From the NCBI RefSeq assembly GCF_022846255.1, contig NZ_AP025682.1: a stretch of DNA of 64,000 nt. The stretch is one strand, 5' to 3'. Below the pieces are notes generated by a model. That model saw nothing but the letters and a program-made list of their open reading frames with translations, ran no database searches and was not told where the DNA came from. Source of the stretch: Escherichia coli. Lineage in GTDB: Bacteria > Pseudomonadota > Gammaproteobacteria > Enterobacterales > Enterobacteriaceae. Below, piece by piece: positions 10,401-19,684 of this stretch (position 1 is the first letter of the stretch; each line of letters starts with the position of its first letter). Both the position numbers and the translations under genes were made by a program.

Positions 10401-13400
10401 CTCATACCACCAATGTCCACCCCCATCTCCATGGTCGTGGAGCAGTTCAGCACATTAACTTTGCCTGACTTAAATTGTTTTTCATTAAACTGGTTCTGCT
10501 CAGGCGTTCTCTGCGCAGAGTGTTCCTCCAGACGATACCAGCTATCTTTCAGGGCCAGTCGGTCGCTGCGAGTAGACCATAATCCTTCCTCGCGGGCATG
10601 TTGAATCAGCGCATTACTTTCCAGCCACTCCAGACGTTCTTCTCGGGCGATTTCTCCACCACCAGACAAACGCCAGTGACGTACAGGAAGCTCAGGCATT
10701 TCAATCAACACTGCTTTTTCAGGTGCAATTTCTTTGCTACCCGGCAAATACGGAGAGTATCCCAGTAACGTGACGTCTAACGCACGTCGAGTATAGGGGC
10801 AACGCCACACTTGCTTTGGACTGTAAAATTCAGCTTGTTGTTTAATATCCAGCTGATAACCCGACTCAAACTGACGTAAGCAGGGTCGAATTGCATCCCA
10901 GACCTCAATCATTAAGTGGTTAACTAACGATTTCCAGTGAGCCTGCTCAGGTTGTATTGCCGGAAAGACTGCAATTAATAGCTTAATGACCCGGTTATAA
11001 TGGCGATCGCGTATTTGTGGCCAAAGTTGATCACGTTTCTGCCCTTTGTTTTTTTTATCTGGACCCTGGAGCATTTTTACCGGGAAACGAGCCCCCATCC
11101 AGCGAGGGTATTGCTCGTTTTCGTAAAAAACGGCACTGTTTTCACGTATAAAGAAATCAAGAGTAATCTTCAATAAATTACGCCATTCCGCTAATTGCTT
11201 ATCGGGATCGGGTAATAATGTCTTCCAGTCCTGCGGGCAGGTTGTAACTTTATCAATAAATGGATAGTGAATGGCTACCAGACCCAGACTTTCGAGGGTC
11301 CAGGCATTTTTAGGGCGGCGACCAAACTCACTGTATAAACAAAAATCTGCAAACTGTTGTTTAGTAAGATCAAGCCCAGACAATTCTTTAAAACTGCCTC
11401 TCATTCTATCGGCAAGGTCCACACTGCCAACCAGCTGTTCAGACAGTGTTTGCCATGACATGGTTTTCTTCTGCTGATTGCCAGAGTTAGCCTGGAGTAT
11501 TTGCATCGCTTCAGCATGATCCGGGCTTAAGGAACTCACCATCGGCTCGATAATTTTAAGTGCCTGAATGTCCGCCGGGCTAAGCTCTTCATTAGCAACC
11601 ATCGCTTTTTTCAGCGCGTCAATAGAGTTTTTTAAAGGAAGGATAGAAAACTGGGTAATAAAACTCTCTAACAATGCGCAGTGTGCCGGGCTGAGCTTTG
11701 CTGATGGCTCATTAATATTGGCCAACTCCTGGTAACAAAGAGCTCGCAACGTCGCTTTATCGGCATCCTGCTGTAAGCGGGCAGAAATGCGGGCAGTGCC
11801 CTGACGTGAATCCGTAAAGGTGAGCAGACGTCGACCATTAAACGGTCCTAACTGCTCTTCTCTTGTCTGCGGTAATGGTGAAAACTCCAGCAGAGTAGGA
11901 ATAATTTCATTTAAAAAAAAGGGCGCGCCAAGTCGAAGCGGACGGAATAAAGGATTATTTTTTCGTTGGGTGTCACCACAGCAAACACAAGCAAAGGAAT
12001 TATTACGTCCCTCACCTCGAGATTCCGGTCTTAACAGGTTTATTTCATAGTGCTTTTGCGCTTCACTATCAATTTTCCCCGCCGTCGTTTCTTCCAGAGA
12101 AATGATATATTTTTCACCATCGATCGCAATCAGACGATCAAATTGAGAGTTATTGTCTAATTCGTCGTTGTCTTCATCTTCAGAATAAACATCTACATCA
12201 AGAGCAAATTCATCCACTTCGGCAGCGGCGGGTTGCGCTACCAACCAGTTCGTTCCATCACCGCGCACCTCCTCTTTGGCAGACAAATAAGCTGAACCAC
12301 ACCCGGAGCAACGTAAAACTTCAAATACCGGCGCACCACAGTCACAATATTGGCGCTGCTCAAACCATACCTGACCAAATGGCCAGTCACTCTGATTTAA
12401 TTCATGCGCTTTATGTGAGCATTGTTTGTTTGAACATGCCCATAGACCCGCCAGTGTTCTGATAAACCCATGCATACGTAATGGCGTAAAAGCCAGTTCA
12501 CCTTCTCGCGATCTCGCCATTAGGTCGAGGAGTTGCAGTAACTCACGGTGATTAATATCTGGCCAGGTTCTTCTGGCAACATTGAGCAACTCACTCAAAC
12601 GTACTGCCTGCCGTCCGGGATGAGTTAACGCCTGACGCAATTGCTGGGCCACACGGTAATGACAAAGCTGTTGGTAAAGATCCTGAGGGCTCAAAGATTT
12701 AAGAGAAGTTAAAGATGTGGGATATTCATGACGAATCAGCGACTCCGATACCCGCGGTATTTGTCGATAGCCGCGAACCACTTTGACATCACGTTCTGTA
12801 ACGCCCGCAAGATCAGCGACAAATTTAGCAAGCTCCTTATTACCTTCAGGAGAGTCTTCACCAATAGTGGCAGAGGTCGCGATAATCTGCACAGGTTTAT
12901 CTGTGCCAGGTCCAACATTGAAAGCCTGCATAACACGACGTAAAAGCAGCGCTAACTCAGCAGCCTGAGAACCAATATAACTATGGGCTTCATCCAGGAC
13001 GATATACTTTAACATCCCCTGAGACTTTTCGATGATTGGGGCATCTTTACGACGAATCAGCATATATTCCAGCATGGTGGTATTCGTCACCATGATGGAA
13101 GGTGGTGCTTCGTAAATGGCTTCCCGACTCAAAGCTTGTTCAGGTACTTTCAACTGATCTTCCTGAACTTCGTATTTGGTATGCCGGGTTTCGCCATTAT
13201 ATAGCGCGAAGCGTATTTTCCCCTTAAATCCGCGCGTCCATTCGCGAAGCCGCTCCTGTTGGCTGTTAATTAATGCATTTAACGGATACAAGAAAATAGC
13301 TTGTGTCCCTGTTAGTGACTGACGGGTCGATTTTTGCTGACGAATAAGATCTTCCAGAACCGGTACCATAAAGCATTCTGTTTTCCCGGATCCCGTACCG

Positions 13401-13753
13401 CTGCTCACTAACAAGGATTTTTTGTCTTCCAGAATCGTTCGCCACGCCGTAAGTTGATGACGAAATGGCACCGGCGCTTTGCTCAATGCATCAACCAGCG
13501 GGCTGGAAATTAGCTTGTCCCGCAAATCCTCCATTGTTTCATCCGCAGGCATCCAGCCGAACGTGCTTTCGAATACCGGGTCTGCAAGCAGTGACCCCTC
13601 CTGACCGGGAGGCTGGAAATATTGTGATTCCAGATAATGAGTCAACGACTTGCTCCGCAATGCCAACTGACTTACCACCGACCTCACCGCGCGCTGATGA
13701 AGCTGATTTAGAAGTGGCGCATAATGCAGTTGCTGAACGTCCATCAATGACAT
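7430..13753 (-). CDS. druE: Giant DEAH-box helicase with multiple Cys4 zinc-ribbon clusters (DUF1998-like); DruE-like
   Basis: 2107-aa ORF; Walker A SSGTGSGKTE, DEAH box (VLDEAH), helicase motif VI QRAGRAGRRG about 1000 residues downstream; CxxC...CxxC clusters (CSNKQC...CDCG...CSGCG; HCRKCG...CSHCK; CLSCG; CSCDKFCHHC). Size and domain content match the hallmark Druantia helicase; DrmA/DrmB-type fusion not excluded. Confidence 0.55.
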   Translation of the reverse strand: MSLMDVQQLHYAPLLNQLHQRAVRSVVSQLALRSKSLTHYLESQYFQPPGQEGSLLADPVFESTFGWMPADETMEDLRDKLISSPLVDALSKAPVPFRHQLTAWRTILEDKKSLLVSSGTGSGKTECFMVPVLEDLIRQQKSTRQSLTGTQAIFLYPLNALINSQQERLREWTRGFKGKIRFALYNGETRHTKYEVQEDQLKVPEQALSREAIYEAPPSIMVTNTTMLEYMLIRRKDAPIIEKSQGMLKYIVLDEAHSYIGSQAAELALLLRRVMQAFNVGPGTDKPVQIIATSATIGEDSPEGNKELAKFVADLAGVTERDVKVVRGYRQIPRVSESLIRHEYPTSLTSLKSLSPQDLYQQLCHYRVAQQLRQALTHPGRQAVRLSELLNVARRTWPDINHRELLQLLDLMARSREGELAFTPLRMHGFIRTLAGLWACSNKQCSHKAHELNQSDWPFGQVWFEQRQYCDCGAPVFEVLRCSGCGSAYLSAKEEVRGDGTNWLVAQPAAAEVDEFALDVDVYSEDEDNDELDNNSQFDRLIAIDGEKYIISLEETTAGKIDSEAQKHYEINLLRPESRGEGRNNSFACVCCGDTQRKNNPLFRPLRLGAPFFLNEIIPTLLEFSPLPQTREEQLGPFNGRRLLTFTDSRQGTARISARLQQDADKATLRALCYQELANINEPSAKLSPAHCALLESFITQFSILPLKNSIDALKKAMVANEELSPADIQALKIIEPMVSSLSPDHAEAMQILQANSGNQQKKTMSWQTLSEQLVGSVDLADRMRGSFKELSGLDLTKQQFADFCLYSEFGRRPKNAWTLESLGLVAIHYPFIDKVTTCPQDWKTLLPDPDKQLAEWRNLLKITLDFFIRENSAVFYENEQYPRWMGARFPVKMLQGPDKKNKGQKRDQLWPQIRDRHYNRVIKLLIAVFPAIQPEQAHWKSLVNHLMIEVWDAIRPCLRQFESGYQLDIKQQAEFYSPKQVWRCPYTRRALDVTLLGYSPYLPGSKEIAPEKAVLIEMPELPVRHWRLSGGGEIAREERLEWLESNALIQHAREEGLWSTRSDRLALKDSWYRLEEHSAQRTPEQNQFNEKQFKSGKVNVLNCSTTMEMGVDIGGMSLVAMNNVPPAPANYLQRAGRAGRRGESASAAITLCKNTAHGMEVFKAPLWAFNTTASAPRVRFGSSSIVQRHVNALVLGLFLRAEVPDATKLSCKWFFEGDESQCLRFLHWLNNQADQLADKLKRLTQGTVLMSLTATQLLTRTQAMMQQVDIRWRSQLAILLENIEALKADNSAWEETPAGKAIAYQLRDYRGAYLFSKLISEAFLPGHGFPVGVVNFNYLTADELEKRRAIKATQADPNEGGESFSRRIEKLPSRDLPTALREYAPGADVVLGGKVYRSSGIMLGKVLASGQELSGDHHIPWFWHCRKCGAGATSTTRPVECSHCKADIQQLDVKRYLQPVGFATDIRYQAHNDVSMPAQLPWKDPRVLVPSSVWVSLPDAGLGRYRFSHSGELFHFSEGEFGHGYAICLSCGRAESQNQPQRTPENLKNPERENTHYLLRGGSNDRQGSNKLCHGHVHKDLWLGYSSRTDMVELQLNDDNGLLIRDEVAARSLAVALREGLAHKLGIENTELGVTTQQARDINGYTGYSIFIYDNNAGGAGYAVQLIDHWADVFNYARKLLDCSCDKFCHHCLLSYDSQHYVNRLDRHHALTLLTNVRLQRLNLAPEYQYFGDGSRVETNPLSLRIAQCLNSEIYDSCSLVLAGPQEQWDFAQWPLFKELLQFASSGGHVELLVATPLANLTDSSRHQLSALAAMPGGRLQVKSIATAQLMQGKGRWLAQVTREGQSQQWAADDSATVAPGELWGQSASSPVVTLKGTSGKTFSGQTLSAEDLLPALPTGAVRINLCEQLDGPLEGFGSRFWSLVTQQHAGWKQAFTRHKEITHVEYSDRYLNSPFTARLLGEILTELVGQGMAERASLTVCVKKLDYNSRQHDALYNAWLNEEDRQQVVTTLLEEGYLGPAWPGAISWLTGDNQSTEHGRELTVTFSDGSQHYVLLDMGLSYWRCIEDTFFDFSLRVPQQVELLANTRARAVAPGNDLRSYIIAG

Positions 13754-16700
13754 ACTCCTGCTTGTTCAAAATAATATTGATAGATTACCCCTAATTGCTG
13801 CGGGGCTTGCTGATAGTGGAATTCAAAAAGCGCAGACAGTTGATGTATCAAGTTATTATCTTTTTGGGTTAACAGCGCTGCGACTAACATCAAATTAAAA
13901 CGTTTTTCAAGCCGTGAGTGATATTTATCTTCAATCCAAAGCTTATTAAAAACAGATTTTAACTCTGGAGTAATAGCACTAGACCAAAGTTCTTTAGGGA
14001 AGATACTGATACGCCCAAAGCTGTCGGGGTTCCTTAATAGCATCTGTTTAGCTTCATTAAACTGCTCACGACTAACAGTTGGCAAGACATTACAACCGGC
14101 TGGTAGGAGTTCGCCATATGTAAGTAACATATTCGCAATGGGAGCCAGACGACGATCGATATGTGCACGATGGTTCATAAAAGCAATAAAGGGTTGCAAT
14201 ATATGTAATGCTAATGTTTTATCGTTAATCTGTTTTTCCAGATAAGCCCAACACTTTTGAAAAACATCTTTCCAGATTGAAACGGGAATCCATCCCCATG
14301 AAAAGGGTAATTCTTCCTGTATATCATAAATCGTATCGCTATCACCAGAAAGACATGATGATATTAACAACTGAACAACTACGCGGTAATTACTCGAAAT
14401 ACCTCTGAACAAATCCAGATCCAGCAAGGATAAGCCATTATTCATTTTGTATTTCTTAATATACTCCGTTAATAAACAGCAATAATTTTGCAAAGGATTG
14501 TTATCTATTTCAAAAATTAGCTCATTAAAATATTTTTTTCGCTGTTCGGAATCCGCTTCGCATAGAGCATTAAGTAATAAATCATTTGTCTGTAATACAG
14601 GTAGCCCCCATTTAATTACTGGTGCAATGCGAGCTGTACCATCAAGTTTCCCCACAATTAACCATGGGCTATCCTGAACATTCAGAGCTGAAAGATCATA
14701 AGCAAATTCATCTTTTTTTAGCAACGATATGTGTAAGCCAGGATCCTTAAGAGAAATAGCATCAACAACCAGCTCGTCTATTCTATTTGCAGGAAAAACA
14801 ACAGAATTTTTTATATCAACCAGTAACCCTTGATCGTGTTCAATAAAACTACCATCGTAGCGTTTAATACTGAGTGTTGCTTTATCCTTTCCAAATCTGT
14901 CAGAGTAAAAATCAACACATAATGTACTATTGCTGTTCCATGCACATGCCAGCATAGCATTTAGCAAATTATAGTTCTCATAAAGTGAAATTTGTTTTAA
15001 TTTGTCATTGCATCCTGATAAAAGAGGAAGGTCGGCATGTAAATAACGGAATTTTTCAGCTACTGGATTTTCATCCAACAACTCGATATTAAGATATCCT
15101 CTTCCAGCACAAGATATGGTTAACAACTCAGCATCTATTCCATGCAAATGCGCTATAGATGCCACACCATCAAAATGAACAGAACCATCATGAGTTACAA
15201 ATCGGCCACCGCTAACCGGCTTAGGTAATAATAGTTTAAGATTAGAACCATCTTTCCAGGAGACCCGTAAATCAACGGTATTTTCCAGCATCTCCGATGA
15301 ATTATAATAAATAGCACACTCGTTTTGTGAATAATCGGACTTAAGTGTTACTTTTTCATTATTTGAATATTTGTCAATTCTAGTATCCGTTATACCAGAA
15401 AGCATTATGATGCCTTGCTGAGCACTCTCAGGTATAATATTAATATCGAAGTCTGTTGGTAAAACTACAACTTTACCGCTAAATAAAACCTCATCATTAA
15501 CTATTCGTCTGACTTCTATCTGTCCTTTTGGCATTTCTGATGCGACAGAATACCAGGCATTGTTACCTGAACGAATGGAACGCCAAAAAAGTTCTTTCTC
15601 CGGTACAATGCCATATTGCAGATCCTTTTTCCAACCGATCTTCGGCCAGGCTCGATGGACAGGATAATCCGATTTAACCAGTTCAACTTCTGTCGATTTA
15701 ATATAATATTCAATCGCAGAATCATAAAGTTGCTGGGTGCGAATTGTACAAACTGCACCATCATGTAAAACAACGCTAAATACTCCACTTATTTTAGTTA
15801 AGCTGCGTTCACTGTTTTTCAGCAACCTTGGGATATCAAACTCACCTTCTCCACTAATATCTAAATGGCTATTTTTCGGTAGCGAAATAAACAGAGCATT
15901 TAGCCTGGAACTCACAGACCCCATACCGACAAGTTTTAGCTGCGATTCACTCTCATTCATCGCTTCAAAAACCCAGGGGAGTTCTTCAGTAAGTTCATAA
16001 CCGCCTTTTGGAATTGTGTGGCCTAACAGAATTGGACCTTCATGAAGCGACAACGAGATTTCGGCCATTGCATCTGCACCAGAGAGCTTTTGCATCGCAA
16101 TAGGTAATAACTCGACCCGCCAATCTTGCTGCTCATAACGGCTTAGCATTGCCAACCTTGCCCCGCCATTTCTCCATTTTCCTGAAATGATGAGTCGGGT
16201 CTGCTCCGGCTGAATATTGCATTCAAACAAAGAGGTTAACTGTTCTGTACGCATTATGGCCGGGAATCGGAACCGGGCATCACAATACCAACTGTCATCA
16301 ACATCGACCCAGATTCTTTCAACCTGAAGACTACTTGCACTGCGTATTTCAGAAGATTGAGAAAGTAATCGCCTTACAATCTCTGCAGCATTCGCTTCGG
16401 GGAGAACGAGTGGAAGTTGAAGATGCCAGTCTGGAGAGAGCTTACGTAATGCAGAAACGGGATCACTGCTTTGAGGTGGATGCTCACTAAGTAATCGGCA
16501 GAGAGTCTCGCAGAATTCACCGGCTATTTCATAGACCAGTTCGTTTTGCATTGTGACAGGAATCGTATCGCCTAATTCTTGTGCAATTTTAGCGGCAGGA
16601 TATTGAGATGCTTGCCCACGAAGCGCCTGATATATCCTTCTGAAATAGGTAATCAAATAACCGCTCTCATTTTCAATCATGCGGATAGGTAAACCACCTT

Positions 16701-17103
16701 CACAAGCCAGTGTATGCAGATAACCCGAAGCTTGCCCCAGGTTTCTTATCTTTCTTTTCCAGTAGCGAATGCCATCATTAACCAGCTTCTGTTGATGAAC
16801 ATACGGAACTTTCCAGTCAATAGAATCTAAAATTGTGTCCCATTTAGGGTGTCCGACCGTATGAGTCCGGCGGATAAACTCTGCGGCATATATGCTAAAT
16901 AGAACATCGCTATAGGAAATGAATATCGTTCTTGGATAACTACGGGGGGCATATGTACGCAGTAGTTCTGCCAAACTTTCGTACTCTGTATCAGTACAAC
17001 GGTAAGCATATAACGCCCGTCCATCAGCTCCGGATAATGAACGGCGACTAAAAAACATGTTAAGCCATTGCAAAAGTGGGTTAACTGGAGTTTTCACAAG
17101 CAA
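13744..17103 (-). CDS. druH: 1119-aa protein without recognisable motifs, translationally coupled to the giant helicase (DruH-like position)
   Basis: Long uninterrupted ORF; stop overlaps helicase start by 10 nt; no catalytic motif recognised by eye; position and size fit the DruH partner of type III Druantia, but the assignment is by context only. Confidence 0.45.
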   Translation of the reverse strand: MLVKTPVNPLLQWLNMFFSRRSLSGADGRALYAYRCTDTEYESLAELLRTYAPRSYPRTIFISYSDVLFSIYAAEFIRRTHTVGHPKWDTILDSIDWKVPYVHQQKLVNDGIRYWKRKIRNLGQASGYLHTLACEGGLPIRMIENESGYLITYFRRIYQALRGQASQYPAAKIAQELGDTIPVTMQNELVYEIAGEFCETLCRLLSEHPPQSSDPVSALRKLSPDWHLQLPLVLPEANAAEIVRRLLSQSSEIRSASSLQVERIWVDVDDSWYCDARFRFPAIMRTEQLTSLFECNIQPEQTRLIISGKWRNGGARLAMLSRYEQQDWRVELLPIAMQKLSGADAMAEISLSLHEGPILLGHTIPKGGYELTEELPWVFEAMNESESQLKLVGMGSVSSRLNALFISLPKNSHLDISGEGEFDIPRLLKNSERSLTKISGVFSVVLHDGAVCTIRTQQLYDSAIEYYIKSTEVELVKSDYPVHRAWPKIGWKKDLQYGIVPEKELFWRSIRSGNNAWYSVASEMPKGQIEVRRIVNDEVLFSGKVVVLPTDFDINIIPESAQQGIIMLSGITDTRIDKYSNNEKVTLKSDYSQNECAIYYNSSEMLENTVDLRVSWKDGSNLKLLLPKPVSGGRFVTHDGSVHFDGVASIAHLHGIDAELLTISCAGRGYLNIELLDENPVAEKFRYLHADLPLLSGCNDKLKQISLYENYNLLNAMLACAWNSNSTLCVDFYSDRFGKDKATLSIKRYDGSFIEHDQGLLVDIKNSVVFPANRIDELVVDAISLKDPGLHISLLKKDEFAYDLSALNVQDSPWLIVGKLDGTARIAPVIKWGLPVLQTNDLLLNALCEADSEQRKKYFNELIFEIDNNPLQNYCCLLTEYIKKYKMNNGLSLLDLDLFRGISSNYRVVVQLLISSCLSGDSDTIYDIQEELPFSWGWIPVSIWKDVFQKCWAYLEKQINDKTLALHILQPFIAFMNHRAHIDRRLAPIANMLLTYGELLPAGCNVLPTVSREQFNEAKQMLLRNPDSFGRISIFPKELWSSAITPELKSVFNKLWIEDKYHSRLEKRFNLMLVAALLTQKDNNLIHQLSALFEFHYQQAPQQLGVIYQYYFEQAGVCH

Positions 17104-17314
17104 CCTGCCTTCCTTTGATACAATTCGTAACAGGTTACTATCATCATAAAAAAGCTCAACCCGATGAACTCGCTAAAAATGAGACAAATCATTTATATCT
17201 CGAAAAAACTTGTTACAATCATGAGCGCTACACCGAACTTAACCATATAAATTATGTGTGTTTTGTTTATTTTTTAAACAATTACAACTATCCATTATTT
17301 ACACAGGTATCAAA

Positions 17315-18967
17315 ATGTTAGCGCAGCTTTTTGAGCAGTTGTTTCAATCGATAGACTCTACACTGATCACCAATATTTTCATCTGGGCTGTTATATTCGT
17401 ATTTTTATCAGCGTGGTGGTGTGACAAAAAAAATATACATAGTAAGTTTAGAGAATATGCTCCAACCTTAATGGGGGCATTAGGTATTCTGGGTACTTTC
17501 ATTGGTATTATTATTGGGTTACTCAATTTTAATACTGAAAGTATTGATACCAGCATCCCCGTATTATTAGGCGGCCTAAAAACAGCATTCATTACAAGCA
17601 TTGTAGGTATGTTTTTTGCCATTTTATTTAATGGAATGGATGCTTTCTTTTTTGCCAATAAACGAAGTGCGTTAGCAGAAAATAACCCTGAATCTGTTAC
17701 ACCTGAACATATCTATCATGAATTAAAAGAGCAGAACCAGACTCTGACTAAATTAGTCTCGGGTATTAACGGTGATAGTGAAGGTTCTCTTATTGCTCAA
17801 ATAAAATTACTACGTACTGAGATTAGCGATTCCTCGCAGGCACAATTAGCTAATCACACTCATTTCAGTAATAAGCTTTGGGAACAACTTGAACAATTTG
17901 CAGATCTAATGGCAAAAGGTGCTACAGAACAAATTATTGATGCTTTACGACAAGTCATTATTGATTTTAATGAAAATTTAACTGAACAGTTTGGTGAAAA
18001 CTTTAAAGCACTTGATGCCTCTGTAAAAAAACTTGTTGAGTGGCAGGAAAATTATAAAACGCAAGTTGAGCTGATGTCAGAACAATATCAACAAAGTGTC
18101 GAGTCTCTGGTTGAAACAAAAACTGCGGTTGCCGGGATTTGGGAAGAATGTAAAGAAATTCCTCTGGCTATGTCTGAACTGCGTGAAGTGCTTCAGGTGA
18201 ACCAACATCAAATCAGCGAACTCTCCCGCCATTTAGAAACCTTTGTCGCCATCCGCGATAAAGCTACAACCGTATTACCTGAAATACAGAACAAAATGGC
18301 TGAAGTGGGTGAACTGCTGAAATCCGGAGCTGCAAATGTTAGTGCATCTCTTGAGCAAACCAGCCAGCAAATACTTCTTAATGCAGATTCAATGCGCGTG
18401 GCCCTGGATGAAGGTACCGAAGGATTCAGACAATCGGTTACCCAAACACAACAAGCATTTGCCTCGATGGCACATGATGTCAGCAATTCCTCCGAAACTC
18501 TAACCAGCACGTTAGGTGAAACAATTACTGAAATGAAACAAAGTGGTGAAGAATTCCTGAAGTCACTAGAGTCGCACTCGAAAGAATTGCATAGAAATAT
18601 GGAACAAAATACGACTAATGTAATTGATATGTTCAGTAAGACTGGTGAAAAGATTAACCATCAACTATCCAGTAATGCCGATAATATGTTTGATTCAATC
18701 CAGACATCATTTGATAAGGCAAGTGCAGGGCTGACTTCTCAAGTCAGAGAATCAATTGAAAAATTTGCTCTATCCATCAACGAGCAGTTACATGCTTTTG
18801 AGCAAGCAACTGAACGTGAGATGAACCGTGAAATGCAATCATTAGGTAATGCTCTGCTTTCAATCAGCAAAGGTTTTGTCGGTAACTATGAAAAACTTAT
18901 TAAAGATTACCAAATAATTATGGGGCAGTTACAAGCATTAATTTCTGCTAATAAACATCGAGGGTAA
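17315..18967 (+). CDS. zorA: ZorA-like MotA/TolQ/ExbB-family membrane protein with long coiled-coil tail
   Basis: Hydrophobic N-terminal helices (LITNIFIWAVIFVFLSAWW; LMGALGILGTFIGIIIGL; FITSIVGMFFAILF) followed by ~350 aa of heptad-rich sequence. Likely start at ATG 17315 (ORF track starts at 17258); first gene of a three-gene operon. Confidence 0.7.
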   Translation: MLAQLFEQLFQSIDSTLITNIFIWAVIFVFLSAWWCDKKNIHSKFREYAPTLMGALGILGTFIGIIIGLLNFNTESIDTSIPVLLGGLKTAFITSIVGMFFAILFNGMDAFFFANKRSALAENNPESVTPEHIYHELKEQNQTLTKLVSGINGDSEGSLIAQIKLLRTEISDSSQAQLANHTHFSNKLWEQLEQFADLMAKGATEQIIDALRQVIIDFNENLTEQFGENFKALDASVKKLVEWQENYKTQVELMSEQYQQSVESLVETKTAVAGIWEECKEIPLAMSELREVLQVNQHQISELSRHLETFVAIRDKATTVLPEIQNKMAEVGELLKSGAANVSASLEQTSQQILLNADSMRVALDEGTEGFRQSVTQTQQAFASMAHDVSNSSETLTSTLGETITEMKQSGEEFLKSLESHSKELHRNMEQNTTNVIDMFSKTGEKINHQLSSNADNMFDSIQTSFDKASAGLTSQVRESIEKFALSINEQLHAFEQATEREMNREMQSLGNALLSISKGFVGNYEKLIKDYQIIMGQLQALISANKHRG

Positions 18968-18973
18968 TCGATC

Positions 18974-19681
18974 ATGGATAAGATTATAGGGAAACAATTA
19001 CCTAAAAAAGATCAAGATAATGAACACTGGGTATCCATGTCAGACCTAATGGCAGGGCTGATGATGGTTTTTATGTTCATATCTATTGCTTATATGCACT
19101 ACGTACGTATTGAAAAAGAAAAAATTAAAGAAGTTGCCGTAGCCTACGAGAATGCTCAGTTACAGCTTTATAATGCTCTGGATATTGAGTTTGCAAAGGA
19201 TTTGCAAGACTGGGATGCAGAGATCGATAAGCAGACTCTGGAGGTTCGATTTAAATCACCGGATGTTTTATTTGGCTTAGGAAGCATAGAGCTTAAACCA
19301 AAGTTTAAACTCATTCTTGACGACTTCTTTCCTCGCTACCTAAAAGTTCTTGATAATTATCAAGAACATATTACTGAAGTCCGCATTGAAGGTCACACAA
19401 GTACTGACTGGACTGGAACAACGAATCCTGATATTGCTTATTTTAATAATATGGCACTATCACAAGGTCGTACACGTGCAGTATTACAATACGTTTATGA
19501 TATAAAAAATATCGCGACACACCAACAATGGGTTAAAAGTAAATTTGCCGCAGTAGGTTATTCATCTGCACATCCCATTCTTGATAAAACCGGCAAGGAG
19601 GATCCTAATCGCTCTCGTCGTGTCACCTTCAAAGTTGTAACAAATGCCGAGTTGCAGATTAGAAAGATTATTCAGGAGTAA
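18974..19681 (+). CDS. zorB: ZorB-like MotB/OmpA-family protein (single TM plus peptidoglycan-binding domain)
   Basis: N-terminal TM helix (LMAGLMMVFMFISIAYM) and OmpA_C-like motifs (IEGHTSTD, NMALSQGRTRAVLQY, NRSRRVTFKV); 7-nt gap after zorA. Confidence 0.7.
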   Translation: MDKIIGKQLPKKDQDNEHWVSMSDLMAGLMMVFMFISIAYMHYVRIEKEKIKEVAVAYENAQLQLYNALDIEFAKDLQDWDAEIDKQTLEVRFKSPDVLFGLGSIELKPKFKLILDDFFPRYLKVLDNYQEHITEVRIEGHTSTDWTGTTNPDIAYFNNMALSQGRTRAVLQYVYDIKNIATHQQWVKSKFAAVGYSSAHPILDKTGKEDPNRSRRVTFKVVTNAELQIRKIIQE

Positions 19682-19684
19682 GAG

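Noticed and set aside
1-17103. Calling the block a canonical class 1 DISARM or a BREX locus
   Set aside because: No PLD-family nuclease (DrmC), PglZ phosphatase or BrxC ATPase gene is present in the window; the gene order also differs. Kept only as a comparison in the findings.
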